Shown here one piece after another: positions 1-11,200 of a stretch of DNA of 37,712 nt. Below the pieces are notes generated by a model. That model was not told the origin of the DNA and did not search any database. It worked only from the letters and a program-made list of their open reading frames with translations. How positions within the stretch are numbered: the first letter of the stretch is position 1; each line of letters opens with the position of its first letter. Both the position numbers and the translations under genes were made by a program. The stretch comes from Reclinomonas americana ATCC 50394 (taxonomy: Eukaryota), in assembly GCA_048213135.1 (NCBI GenBank), contig PS015122.1, positions 127,381 through 165,092 of the forward strand. The letters run 5' to 3'.

Positions 1-789
1 TATGCATTCAATCGACTCACTCGCGACAGTTGATTGTACACCGACTGGCAGTGGCGCACAAAGTAGATGGTCTTGCGATGACTGGCATCGCTGCTCCCAC
101 TGCCACTTGCCTCGCTCATCTCGCGCGCTTTTGTGATTGGTGTATTTTCGGCTCGATATCCGAACACGACGATGCACGTGTGAAGCACGCAGACTGGCGT
201 GCCCCACTATCGCCCTGATCATGAGTGTTATATATTCTTGCACTCTTGTGTTCACCGTGACAGTTGGCGACAAGTGCAAGTTGCACATTGAAATGTGGCA
301 CGCGTCTGTCGTCATGGTTGTACAAGGAGATTGGTTGTCGATTATTTGGCGCGCGCGCGCGCGCGCTCCTGATCTGCTGTGTGGGTGCGTGGCATGCACA
401 CCAGAAGGAGAGGGGGTGCCACGGGAGAGGCACAGCATCGANNNNNNNNNNNNNNNNNNNNTGTGTGTGTATGTGTGTATGTGTGCAAGCAGCTGCGTGT
501 CTCAAGTACGGATCCGCTTACTCCACTCTCTTACACCTCTCGCGAAAACGATAAAAACCGATCTGGGACGACCGTCCGTTGTCGCTTTCGGCTGCCACTG
601 TCCGGAGTGCGCCGACCGATCGGATGCACGATGGAATCGCGAGTTGCATATTTCTCCGCTGCCAAGGTGCAATGCCCCCTCCGTTGCAAGTCACAAAGGG
701 AATCCTCACTGGTGTCTCACTCTCCTTCTGTCTGTTTGTGCGTCTGCATTTGTGTGTCCGTGTTTTGTTGTTTGCACATGTCTTGGCAG

Positions 790-2179
790 ATGACCAGCAC
801 CAACGCGTCCTTTGTGCAGACCAAGCGGTGAGCTCCTTTCTTCCTTCTCTTCCTCGTCACTAGTTAACCTCACACACTGTGTGGTTGGGGGGAACAACAG
901 ATTCGTCGATGCAGTGCGTCTGTTGAACGAGTTGGAGACTGACGCGACGATTTTGGCGGGCGTCATTACGCACCTGTGCGGAAGCATTCACCTGTCTCTC
1001 GGTGCCGTGACCAAGGACGATGACAGGTGCACACACTCACTCACTCTCACACACACTTGCACACACACACTCTCTCACTCTCACTCACTTGCACACTCTC
1101 ACTCTCCCTCACACCCTTCCCTCTCTCTCCATGCACACCCTTCCCTCCCTCCCNNNNNNNNNNNNNNNNNNNNNNNNNNNNNNNNNNNNNNNNNNNNNNN
1201 NNNNNNNNNNNNNNNNNNNNNNNNNNNNNNNNNNNNNNNNNNNNNNNNNNNNNNNNNNNNNNNNNNNNNNNNNNNNNNNNNNNNNNNNNNNNNNNNNNNN
1301 NNNNNNNNNNNNNNNNNNNNNNNNNNNNNNNNNNNNNNNNNNNNNNNNNNNNNNNNNNNNNNNNNNNNNNNNNNNNNNNNNNNNNNNNNNNNNNNNNNNN
1401 NNNNNNNNNNNNNNNNNNNNNNNNNNNNNNNNNNNNNNNNNNNNNNNNNNNNNNNNNNNNNNNNNNNNNNNNNNNNNNNNNNNNNNNNNNNNNNNNNNNN
1501 NNNNNNNNNNNNNNNNNNNNNNNNNNNNNNNNNNNNNNNNNNNNNNNNNNNNNNNNNNNNNNNNNNNNNNNNNNNNNNNNNNNNNNNNNNNNNNNNNNNN
1601 NNNNNNNNNNNNNNNNNNNNNNNNNNNNNNNNNNNNNNNNNNNNNNNNNNNNNNNNNNNNNNNNNNNNNNNNNNNNNNNNNNNNNNNNNNNNNNNCTCTC
1701 TCTCTCACCTCACTCTGCATTCCTCTTGCAGGCTTCGCGCTGCACTGGATGTCTCCGAAGACGACGGCGACACGATCCTCGACACATGCCGCTACATTAT
1801 CGAGGAGGCCGCGTATCATGCCATGCGACCGGCGGTGTTGAGCGAGAAGCTGGCGGCCGCCGGACTCAACCAGGACAAGGCCGAGCTGTTTGGTGGGGTG
1901 TGGGAGCGCGAGGGAAGGGATGTGCTGGCGGCGTTGCGGTCACGGGGTGTGGGATCGTTCCCGCGTCTCGTGTCGTCGTCGTGGTCGTTGACGGTGCATT
2001 TGGCGTCGGATGGTGTGTCCAAGGTCAAGGATCCGCGCGTGTTCTTGGCGCTGGAGACCACCACACAGCAGGAGCGTGGCAGCGAGAGGAGAATCGATAC
2101 CGAGTTCACAAGGGATGGGCTGGCGGATCTGTTTGCGAAGCTGGAGAGAGTGCAGTCGCAGCTCGACTCGTTGATGTGA
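790..2179 (+). CDS. COMMD10: COMM domain-containing protein 10 (Commander/CCC complex); exons 790-827, 901-1026, 1732-2179
   Basis: GT-AG splicing keeps frame: MTSTNASFVQTKRFVDAVRLLNEL...RLRAALDVSEDDGDTILDTCRYIIEEAAYHAMRPAVL...NQDKAELF...WSLTVHLAS...EFTRDGLADLFAKLERVQSQLDSLM. This parallels recalled COMMD10 motifs (ILEQAVYH, QDKAEAF, KLETIQAQLDSL). Intron 2 contains an N gap but the phases match across it. Confidence 0.9.
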
Positions 2180-2653
2180 TGATGTGCNNNNNNNNNNNNN
2201 NNNNNNNNNNNNNNNNNNNNNNNNNNNNNNNNNNNNNNNNNNNNNNNNNNNNNNNNNNNNNNNNNNNNNNNNNNNNNNNNNNNNNNNNNNNNNNNNNNNN
2301 NNNNNNNNNNNNNNNNNNNNNNNNNNNNNNNNNNNNNNNNNNNNNNNNNNNNNNNNNNNNNNNNNNNNNNNNNNNNNNNNNNNNNNNNNNNNNNNNNNNN
2401 NNNNNNNNNNNNNNNNNNNNNNNNNNNNNNNNNNNNNNNNNNNNNNNNNNNNNNNNNNNNNNNNNNNNNNNNNNNNNNNNNNNNNNNNNNNNNNNNNNNN
2501 NNNNNNNNNNNNNNNNNNNNNNNNNNNNNNNNNNNNNNNNNNNNNNNNNNNNNNNNNNNNNNNNNNNNNNNNNNNNNNNNNNNNNNNNNNNNNNNNNNNN
2601 NNNNNNNNGCGAGGAGATGACCGACGACAATGTGTGTAAGTGAAGCACGGATT

Positions 2654-3062
2654 TCATGGTGTCTTTAATCTCGGCTCTGCCTGGTCGTCATCCGCGCCTT
2701 CATCATCGTCATCATCGTCATCATGGTGTTCTTCGTCGCCCGTCTCCTCGACACGTTTCGTGACGTAGCTCCACAGCTCGGCAAACTCCGCAGGCGGCAT
2801 GATCTGCGTCAGCGCTCTCCTCACGTCCTTGGCCCGCATCTGTCGCGTATCCTCATCCACCTCCACCTCGGCCTCCTCGGCATCGCCATCTGCGGGGGTG
2901 GAAGAAGCGGAGGACGGACCGCCCACGGCCCGACTGGCCACCTGCTGCAGCAGACCAAACAAGACGGCGTGGCATGCCGTAATCGCCTTTTCAGAGATCT
3001 TCAGCTCACCACCGGTCTGCTTGTGCAGCGCCTCGTACAGGATGGCACGGAGATCCAGCGGC

Positions 3063-3097
<35 letters not shown>

Positions 3098-3678
3098 GTC
3101 GGCATCGGCTTCTTCTTCTTCTTCATCGTCGTCGTCGTCATCGTCGTCATCCTCCTCCGGTTCCGCCACATAGTCACCGTCTTCCTCGTCTTCATCCTCG
3201 TCTGCGTCGTCCTCATGATTGTCATACACCTGTCGTTCCACGGCGGAGAAAATCGACTGGAACGGCATCTGCAGAGGCATCGGCGGAGGAGGAGGAGGCG
3301 GCGGCGGTGGCGGCAGAGGCGGAAACGACAGAGGAACACTCTCCCTGCGTGCTCTCTTACGCGTCGGCGACCCGCGCGCACGCTCCTCCTCCAGTTCCCG
3401 CACCAGTCGCGCATTCTCCTTGTGCAAGTGATCACGCCTGCACACACCTCATCAGCAACAGGCAAAATCCAGAGAAGGAGTGGAGACAGCAACTCTTGTG
3501 CCACTCTGCTCAGCTCCACCTCCAGCTGCCGAATGCGCGTCTGTGAGGTCACCGACAACTGCTCATACTGTGCATGCACGCCCAGTGAGCCAGAAAAACA
3601 CAAAAAAAAAGAGAGAAAGAGAGGCGCAACATGAAAACGCAGAGCGCGGATCTCTTCCTCGAGCGCAAGGCGACTCAT
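2654..3678 (-). CDS. About 301-aa protein: N-terminal coiled coil, poly-Pro, long Asp/Glu tract, C-terminal H2B-like histone fold; exons 3678-3631, 3567-3494, 3437-2654
   Basis: Three exons join in frame (906 nt). C-terminal YEALHKQTGGELKISEKAI...LLQQVASRA...QMRAKDVRRALTQIMP...VTKRV aligns by eye to H2B YKVLKQVHPDTGISSKAM...IFERIAGEA...TITSREIQTAVRLLLP...GTKAV. The CDS is well supported; the fold call is moderately supported. Confidence 0.7.
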
Positions 3679-3770
3679 GAATCACAAACAAAGAGCGAGA
3701 AGTCGGAAAGCGTGACAATGGCGCTCGCGGTTGATTGCACTGTCCGCCACTGTCCCCTCAAGTTTGCACC

Positions 3771-4063
3771 ATGGCCGACGCCATTCTCAGTTGCGTTCTC
3801 TCATGCACACACTGCTGCACATAGACAGGCACCGCGTGGCAGTGAAAACGCATTCGATTTCGTGTTGAATGTGTTGTGCATGTTGGGTCATGTCCACACA
3901 CTTGTCTCTCTCTCACTCACTTGCTTGTGCATTGTGTGCGTGTGTGCAGTCACGTATGGCGCATTGTCGCTGATGGCCGTGACCATTGTGGTCATTGGAT
4001 GCCGGAACTTGCAGAAGCAGGTGGTGAGTTGCACACTGTTGATTGTCTCTCTTCCTGTCTCTC

Positions 4064-4104
<41 letters not shown>

Positions 4105-6788
4105 GAGAGTGAGAGAAGAGAGAGAGTGTGAGAGAGAGAGAGCAGGAGAAGAACGAGAGCGGAAAGCGAGTGAGTTGGTGACTTTGGTCAGTTTGGGCAT
4201 TGACTTCAACTGGCCTCCGCCCGTGCGTGTTGTCGCACGAGTGAGACAGTGATGCACTTAGAAAAAGCAGCATTCAGAGCGCACACGACGAGTGTGATTG
4301 CAGTTGTCACAATTGAACACGTGTTACAGGTCGAAAAAGTCGACTCGTCACAAGCATGGCAGTTCCCGTTTGTGGGCGCAGCGGTGCTTCTCGGTCTGTT
4401 CCTGCTGTTCCGGTACTTGCCGCGTGAGTATGTGAATCTGGTGCTGGGCACGTTATTCTGTGTGCTGGGCATTCCCTCGTTGGCGGCGGCCTTGACGCCG
4501 CTCGTCGCCAAGCTCGGTCTGCCGGATAAGTCGGAGCGCGAGTTTGCGTTGTTGGGTGAGTGGGGGATGAGGGGGAAAGGGGGATAAAGGAGAAGGGGAC
4601 AGGGAGGAGGAGAAGGGAAAGGGGGAGAGTTCCTTCTGTGTGTTGTTGTGGAGAGTCGAGAAGAGGTATTCACAACGACCTCTGTCAGCGCTGTTGTGAG
4701 CAGCGAGAGAGTGATGATTGCAGGGAGGAGGTTGAAGTGGTGCAAGTGCGATTCCAAGTGTCAGTGATGAGAGTAAGAGTGGCAAGATAGGTGATCTTTC
4801 AAGTTCATCACTCACGATGACACTGCGCCATCATGTGCGCTTTTGCTTGTGTGAGTGACATTCTAACTGTGTAAACCTGTCAGTGATGAGGGAAGAGTGA
4901 CAGAGCGACGATTACCTTTCTACTCGACGACACTGCACCATCGAGTGTGTTCTTGCGAGATTTTGAATGCGTGAACCTGTCAGTGATGAAGGGAAGAGTG
5001 AGAGGCAAGATAATCTTTCAACTCGACGACACTGCACCATCGAGTGTGTTCTACATGTGTGAACCTGTCAGTGTTGAGAACAAAGAGTGAGCGGGCGACG
5101 ACAGTTGTTCAACTCGAGAATACTGCACCCTTCAGTGTGTTCTTGTTTGTGCAACACGAGTGTGGTGTGAACCTGTCAGTGATGAGAGGGAAGAGCGAGA
5201 GGCGACAACAGTCTTACAACTCTATGAGATTCTGGACGTGTGTGCTTGTCGACGAGTGAGAATTGTCATGTACCTCTCTTCATGATGAGCACCTGGAGGG
5301 ATTCATATGCAAGTTGCCTTTCGGTGTGAGCAACATCCTCATCTTTCCTCTCACTTCCACCAGGTGTCGAGTTCGACCTGTCTGCCGCCGGCATTGTCAG
5401 CTTGCTGTTGGCCTGCGCCGTCTCCATCACCTACATGGTCACGAAGAACTGGCTGGCCAACAACATTTTTGGCTTTGGCGTCTCTGGTATGAACAGCCAC
5501 CTCTCCTCCTCTCCTCCTCTTCTCCTCTTCTTCTCCTCCTCTTCTCCTCATTCCCGCCCACCTCACAGTCGTGTACATTGGCGTCATCTCGCTCGAGTCG
5601 TTCAAGGTCTCGATCATCCTTCTCAGCGGCCTCTTCATCTACGACATTGTGATGGTGTTCGGCACGCCACTGATGGTCACCGTCGCCAAGAACTTTGACG
5701 CGCCGATCAAGCTGCTCTTCCCGCGCAACGTGCTGGCACCCATCTCCGAATGGCAGTTCTCCATGCTGGGCCTGGGCGACATTGTCATTCCCGGCCTGTT
5801 CATTGCACAGATGCGCAGACTCGACGACCACCTGCGCACGGCCAATCCCAAGCGTGGCAACACGTACTACAATGCCACGCTCGGCGGCTACATTTTCGGA
5901 TTGTTCCTGACCATGCTGGTGATGCATGTGTTCCAGAAGCCGCAGGTGGGTGGAGTGGCAAGGGAGGGCAAGGAGAAGTGGCATCTTTCTGTCGCGTGGG
6001 GGTGATCGAGTCAGCACACACAAGTCAGCATTCTCTTGTTCTCGTCTCGATTGTTCATCTCTGCACGCCTCATCGTCCAAGCTTATTCATCTCTGTCCTC
6101 ACGCGCTCATTCAGAGTCTGCTTGTGGAGCGGGCGTCTCTTTCAGTCTTTCCCTCCAGCACGTCTCATTGTCAACAGTGTCTGTCTACGCGCACACGTTT
6201 CCGTCGTGCATCTCGCTGGTATCTCTCTCTCTCTCTCTCTCAGTGTGCGTTCACTGTCCCTCTCCCGTTTGCCTTCTCTCTTTGTCTCGCCCTGTGCTTT
6301 CACCGTTTCCTTCGTTCGCATGTCTCTTCATCCAGGCAGATTCATTCCTGTACGCGTGCATTCGTTGCCCCGTCCTGCATCTCACCGTGTCTCTCGCCCG
6401 CATTTCTCAGCCTGTGCATTCACCGTGTCTCTCGCCTCAGCCAGCAGGCTCATTCACTCACTGTCTCTTTCTGATGCGGGCGTCTTTGCCTGCGTTCACT
6501 TTGTCCGTCTCCTCATTCGGGCGCTCTTTCCCCTGCTTTCATCTCACCTCCCTCCCTCTCCCCCCTTTCCCTTCCCCACAGCCTGCGCTTCTGTACCTCG
6601 TCCCCTGCATCATCATCTTCTCCCTCGGCAACGCCATTGTGCGCGGCGAGCTGAAGATGCTGTGGGGCTACGTGGAGACATCGACCGAGGTGATTGACGA
6701 CACCAAGAAGGACGAGAAGAAGGCCGAGGCCGTGGAGGGCGCCACTGCCGCCGCCGCCGTCGCCGCCGAGTCGAAGAAGGATAAGTGA
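3771..6788 (+). CDS. HM13: Signal peptide peptidase (GxGD intramembrane aspartyl protease, HM13 family); exons 3771-3789, 3950-4023, 4330-4555, 5364-5486, 5569-5945, 6582-6788
   Basis: Catalytic YD (GLFIYDIVMVFGTPLMVTVAK), LGLGDIVIPG and QPALLYLVP motifs, plus FDAPIKLLFP and NWLANN. C-terminal KKDK fits a KKxx ER-retrieval signal. All exon phases are compatible. Confidence 0.95.
4756..5228. repeat. Degenerate tandem repeat, about 5 copies of about 90-115 bp, in SPP intron 3
   Basis: AACCTGTCAGTG(A/T)TGA recurs near 4874, 4974, 5062 and 5170, with a weaker copy near 4757. Each is followed by AAGAGTGA-like and ACTCGACGACACTGCACCATCGAGTGTGTTCT-like blocks. Confidence 0.85.
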
Positions 6789-7002
6789 TGAGGGAGGAAG
6801 CGTAAACAGTGAGAGGTGGTATAGCGCACAATGAAGAAGAAAAAAGTAACCCAAACGTCAACGAATGGAGCGCAGATAACTAATGTACGTTGGTTCTCGT
6901 GGCGGCGTACACGCACACGGGTGAAAAATGGGGGGGAAAGGTGGGGGGGATCAGATTAGCAGTTAAAGAAACACAGACACACACAAGAAAACAAATGTGT
7001 GC

Positions 7003-7834
7003 TTATGCCGAAGGCGGCGCCTTGACGACCTCAAACTCGACCGTGATGGCCGCATAGTCGTCGACATCAATGCCGGCCTGGAGCACGTCGCCGACCTTGA
7101 TCGGCCCCACACCGGACGGCGTGCCAGTGAGGATCAAATCGCCCTCCTCCAGCGTCACATGCCGACTGATGGAGGAGATGAGCTGCGGCACGGAGAAGAT
7201 CATCTCGCGCGTGGTCTCCGCCTGTCGCGGTCCGTTGTTGACATTGAGCCAGATGCGCACGTTTTGCGGGTTCGGGATCATGCTCGGCGGCAGCATGTTC
7301 TTGCTGACTCCGCAAAAGGTGTCGGCGCCCTTGGCCAGCGCCCAAGGAAGCCCCTGCTTCTTGGCATCGTTCTGCCACTGCCGCGAGGTCACATCAATCG
7401 CGCATACGTAGCCTGCACGGACTTGCATAAGAGACTTGTTTCCCGCAAGTTGTCTTTTGTGTGAGTGCGTGTTTACCTGCAACGTGTGACATGGCATCGG
7501 CGGGCTTGATGTTCTTCCCGATGCGGCTAATGACGACTCCCAGCTCGACCTCGTGATGCAGCTCAGTGAGGCCCTCGGGAAGGAGAATGTGCGGAGGGCG
7601 CGCATCGTGTTTCGGGTCCGACAGCAGGTACGAAGAGGGCGGCTTGAAGAAGAACTGCACGTCGGTGGGCACAGGGTTGTTCAACTCCGCGGCGTGGCTG
7701 CATGAGTGGAAAGAGTGAGTGTGAGAGAGAGGGAGAGTCAATGAGTGTGTGCGTGTGTGCATTACTCACGCGCGGTAGTTGCGCAGCACGCCAATGATCT
7801 TGGAGCCGGGTCGGATCCACAGTGGGTACCGCAT
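7003..7834 (-). CDS. FAHD1: Fumarylacetoacetate hydrolase domain protein 1 (acylpyruvase/oxaloacetate decarboxylase); exons 7834-7770, 7697-7477, 7412-7003
   Basis: Motifs KIIGVLRNYRAHAAEL, FFFKPPSSY, LHHEVELGVVI, GYVCAIDVTSR, KKQGLPWALAKGADTFC and TLEEGDLILTGTPSGVGP. Introns are in phase. The start codon is inferred. Confidence 0.93.
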
Positions 7835-8251
7835 GTGTGTGTGAGAGAAAGAGTGTGAGAGGAGAGGGGAAGAGGTGCGCGAATGCGGCGGGAAATTGGT
7901 GGTGCAGCAGTCGCCGCCTTGTCGGACAAATCGCTCTCCACTCTCAACTCCGTGCAGGTGCGAGCGTGTGGGAAGAGCTGCGATGTAAGGAGGCTTGTGG
8001 AGAGAGACATGGTTTGTGGAAAACAAACCATCGTTGCATGCGAACAACTTCACATGATGAAATGTCGACGTTCACGTGCTTTTCTTGCGCTTGCTGAACG
8101 ATGGCATCTTGCCCTTCTTGACCTCCCTCTCACCCACATACAACTGGCGCTGTTCGTCGATGATCTCACGAACTTCGCAATGAGTCGATATCGACTCGGC
8201 ACGCCCGTTACTCGATCAATTTTTCACGCGGGAAGCGAGAGAAAGAGAGAG

Positions 8252-11200
8252 ATGGTCCACCTCACCGTTCTCTCCAGCCACACGAAGGCACATGGCGCGC
8301 TTTTCCCGGTACCCTGTTTTCCCCTTACTCACTGCGTTGAACCACTCGTGCTTGCACTCACGCACGCACAAACACAGACACCAAGTCGCATTCGTGTGAA
8401 GGAACCCGATGGTCTCATGCTGGTCCTCCAAAGCGCAGCACCGCACACGAGAGTTGCGTCACGCACTGCCTTACTCACTGTCACACCACACTCACCCACT
8501 CCTTCGCTTGTCACACAATCACACACTTCCTTCCTCCTCCATTCCCTCCTTCCTTGACTCCTCTTTCCCGTCCTCCTTTCTTCATTCTCCCTCCTCACTT
8601 ACCTGCACACACTCTCCTTCTTCCTACCTCCTTCCCTCCCTCCTTGACTCGCCTTTCCTCATTCTCTCCTTCCCTCCCACACTCTCCCTCCTTCTCCTTC
8701 CCTCCCTCCCTCCCCACCCCCTTCCCTCTCCCTCCCTCCTTCCCTCTCACTTCCCCCTGCTGCAGCCGGAGACGCAGCTCGGCGAACCATCATACTTTGT
8801 GTCGTTCTGCGTGGACGCCTCGGGCAAGCATGCGAGTGTGCTCGACTCGCGCGGCAATGTGTTCTCGTTGTACTTTGAGGAGAATCGTTTTGCATTGATG
8901 TCGCGATGTGGAGGCGGAGGCGGAGTGCTCGTGCAGTACGCCAGCAGCCAGAAGCCACTGGTGTTGGTGGCGCTTCGCAAGTTGTGTTGCACCCTTGCAT
9001 TCACCATATCTCTTTCTCTCCCAGTCTCTGACACGCAAAGCGCAGCTTGCAAGTGCACCTATACAATGCCATTTCACGCAACTTGGAGGCCACGCTGGTC
9101 GGTCTCACTGGCAGCCCGCGCTCGATCTTCTCACACCCCGACGGAAGCATGTTTGGCCTGTGCAGGTGTGCTTGCTTCTCCTGCCCACCCCCGTCGCCTC
9201 CCCTCAATCATTCCTCGCCGCGCAGCAACCATGAAATCGTGTTGTGGGAGTGCATTCCGAGCTGGCGGCGTGTGGCCATTCTGCGCCGCTCGGTCCGTGC
9301 ACCCGGTCTAACGCATGCCACATACGATCCACTCGGTCGTGTGCTGGTCGTGGTCAATGCGCGCGTGTCGCGCATCTTTCTCCTCGACACGCACTCGTTG
9401 AGTGTGATTGGTGTGCTTGAACCGTGGGGTGCCGACATGGAGGGCACCGGTGACGAGAATGATGCCGAGCGTCGTTCCATTGGCAGCGCGTCTGCGACGG
9501 GTGCACGCACCGGTGGCGCCACACGCAAGCGCCGCCCGGGAGACTACCCCGCCGATGTGCTCACCACGTGTGCTTTCTCCTCCGATGGCAAGCTGCTGGC
9601 TGCCGGCGGCAAATCCACCCGACTGTACGTGTGGGAGTACGACACGTTCAACTTGCTGAAGATTGTCGACGTGCCACACGTGGCGGTGGGCACGGCGCAG
9701 ATTCAGTTCTCGCGCGACTCGCAGGTGCGGCAGGGACAAAGAGTTGGTGCTGCTCAGCAGGAGTCTGTTTACCGACCTCCCTATCTGTTGCAGACCATGT
9801 TCTTGTTGGGTCTGGATGGCGCGTTGCGAGCAGTGAGCGCGTCCTCCTTCAAGATCGAGTTCGAGCTCAGCTTGCCACACGCAGTTGCGCACTGGGCATT
9901 CTGCCAGACATACAAGCTGCGCTTCGCTTCCGCTCATCCTCCGTCAAACACCATCGCAGAGTATCATTCAGTTCGAGCTGCAACCGAGCATGGAGCGCAT
10001 GCTCTTTTGCTTGTTGTCGTCTGGCGAGCTATACTTGTACGACGTGGAGGTGGCGCGCACGAATTATCAAAAAGTGCTGCGAGCGCGCAACGTACAAGGC
10101 GACACGTTCCTCACGGTGCGATCGCCGGTGCGCGACGAGGACGAGACGCCGGATCTGTCGCGCTTGCTCAGCCCCGAGTTGTTTGCGCAAGTGCGTTCTG
10201 CGTTGTTTTTTCTTCCGTCTCTCCTTCTTCCCTCTCATTCACACGACACAGGCCACCGCGGAAGCACGCGGAATGCGCACTCCGCCCACCCCGAACACAC
10301 TCAAGCAGTGGCTGCCCAAGAGCGATGCCGGCCCAGGCGACGGNNNNNNNNNNNNNNNNNNNNNNNNNNNNNNNNNNNNNNNNNNNNNNNNNNNNNNNNN
10401 NNNNNNNNNNNNNNNNNNNNNNNNNNNNNNNNNNNNNNNNNNNNNNNNNNNNNNNNNNNNNNNNNNNNNNNNNNNNNNNNNNNNNNNNNNNNNNNNNNNN
10501 NNNNNNNNNNNNNNNNNNNNNNNNNNNNNNNNNNNNNNNNNNNNNNNNNNNNNNNNNNNNNNNNNNNNNNNNNNNNNNNNNNNNNNNNNNNNNNNNNNNN
10601 NNNNNNNNNNNNNNNNNNNNNNNNNNNNNNNNNNNNNNNNNNNNNNNNNNNNNNNNNNNNNNNNNNNNNNNNNNNNNNNNNNNNNNNNNNNNNNNNNNNN
10701 NNNNNNNNNNNNNNNNNNNNNNCGCCTTCCGGCCCCTCACGCGCGAGGTCTTTCCGCCCTTCCACCACTACCCACAGCACGTGGTCGACTATCACGTCAA
10801 GCAGCGTGAGCGATTGCGACGGGAAGAGGAGGAGCTGCTGGCCAAGCGGTGCGACGTCATGTGTTTATTAGTACGGTACACCTTATCCTTCCCTCACTGT
10901 CTTCCGAGCGTGCAGTGCCACGGTGCAAGACATTCAACGACGCGCTGCTTCGCTGGAGGTGGAGGAGCGATCGTGGCGAGCTCGCCAGCGTGCACTGCAG
11001 GTTGCAGAGCAGCAGGCGCGCGATCAGGCTGCCGCGGTCGACTCCAATATGCTGGCGGAGCGCGAACGGTCAGGCTCGCCACATGCATCGCGTCCACATT
11101 TACAACTGCGCTGACACTTTGTCCCTCCTCGCAGCATGGACTTGGTGGAGCGACAGGCTCGTATTGAACAGCTCGAGGCCATGCGTCGGGCCACCGAGGC

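Noticed and set aside
21-119. Possible first exon of a minus-strand gene (MSEASGSGSSDASHRKTIYLCA... ending at a GTGAGT donor), superficially like RPB12
   Set aside because: The rest lies outside the window and the Cys spacing does not fit RPB12, so it cannot be supported.
349-366. (GC)9 alternating tract with Z-DNA or hairpin potential
   Set aside because: A single short dinucleotide run in a microsatellite-rich genome, with no evidence of function.
3438-3520. Apparent non-canonical GC donor in the H2B-like gene
   Set aside because: A canonical GT donor at 3493 (GA|GTTGCT) gives the correct phase with the acceptor at 3438.
4756-5228. CRISPR array or box C/D snoRNA cluster
   Set aside because: It lies in a eukaryotic intron; the units are degenerate with mutually similar spacers, no cas genes are present, and no box D (CTGA) pairs with the GTGATGA motifs.
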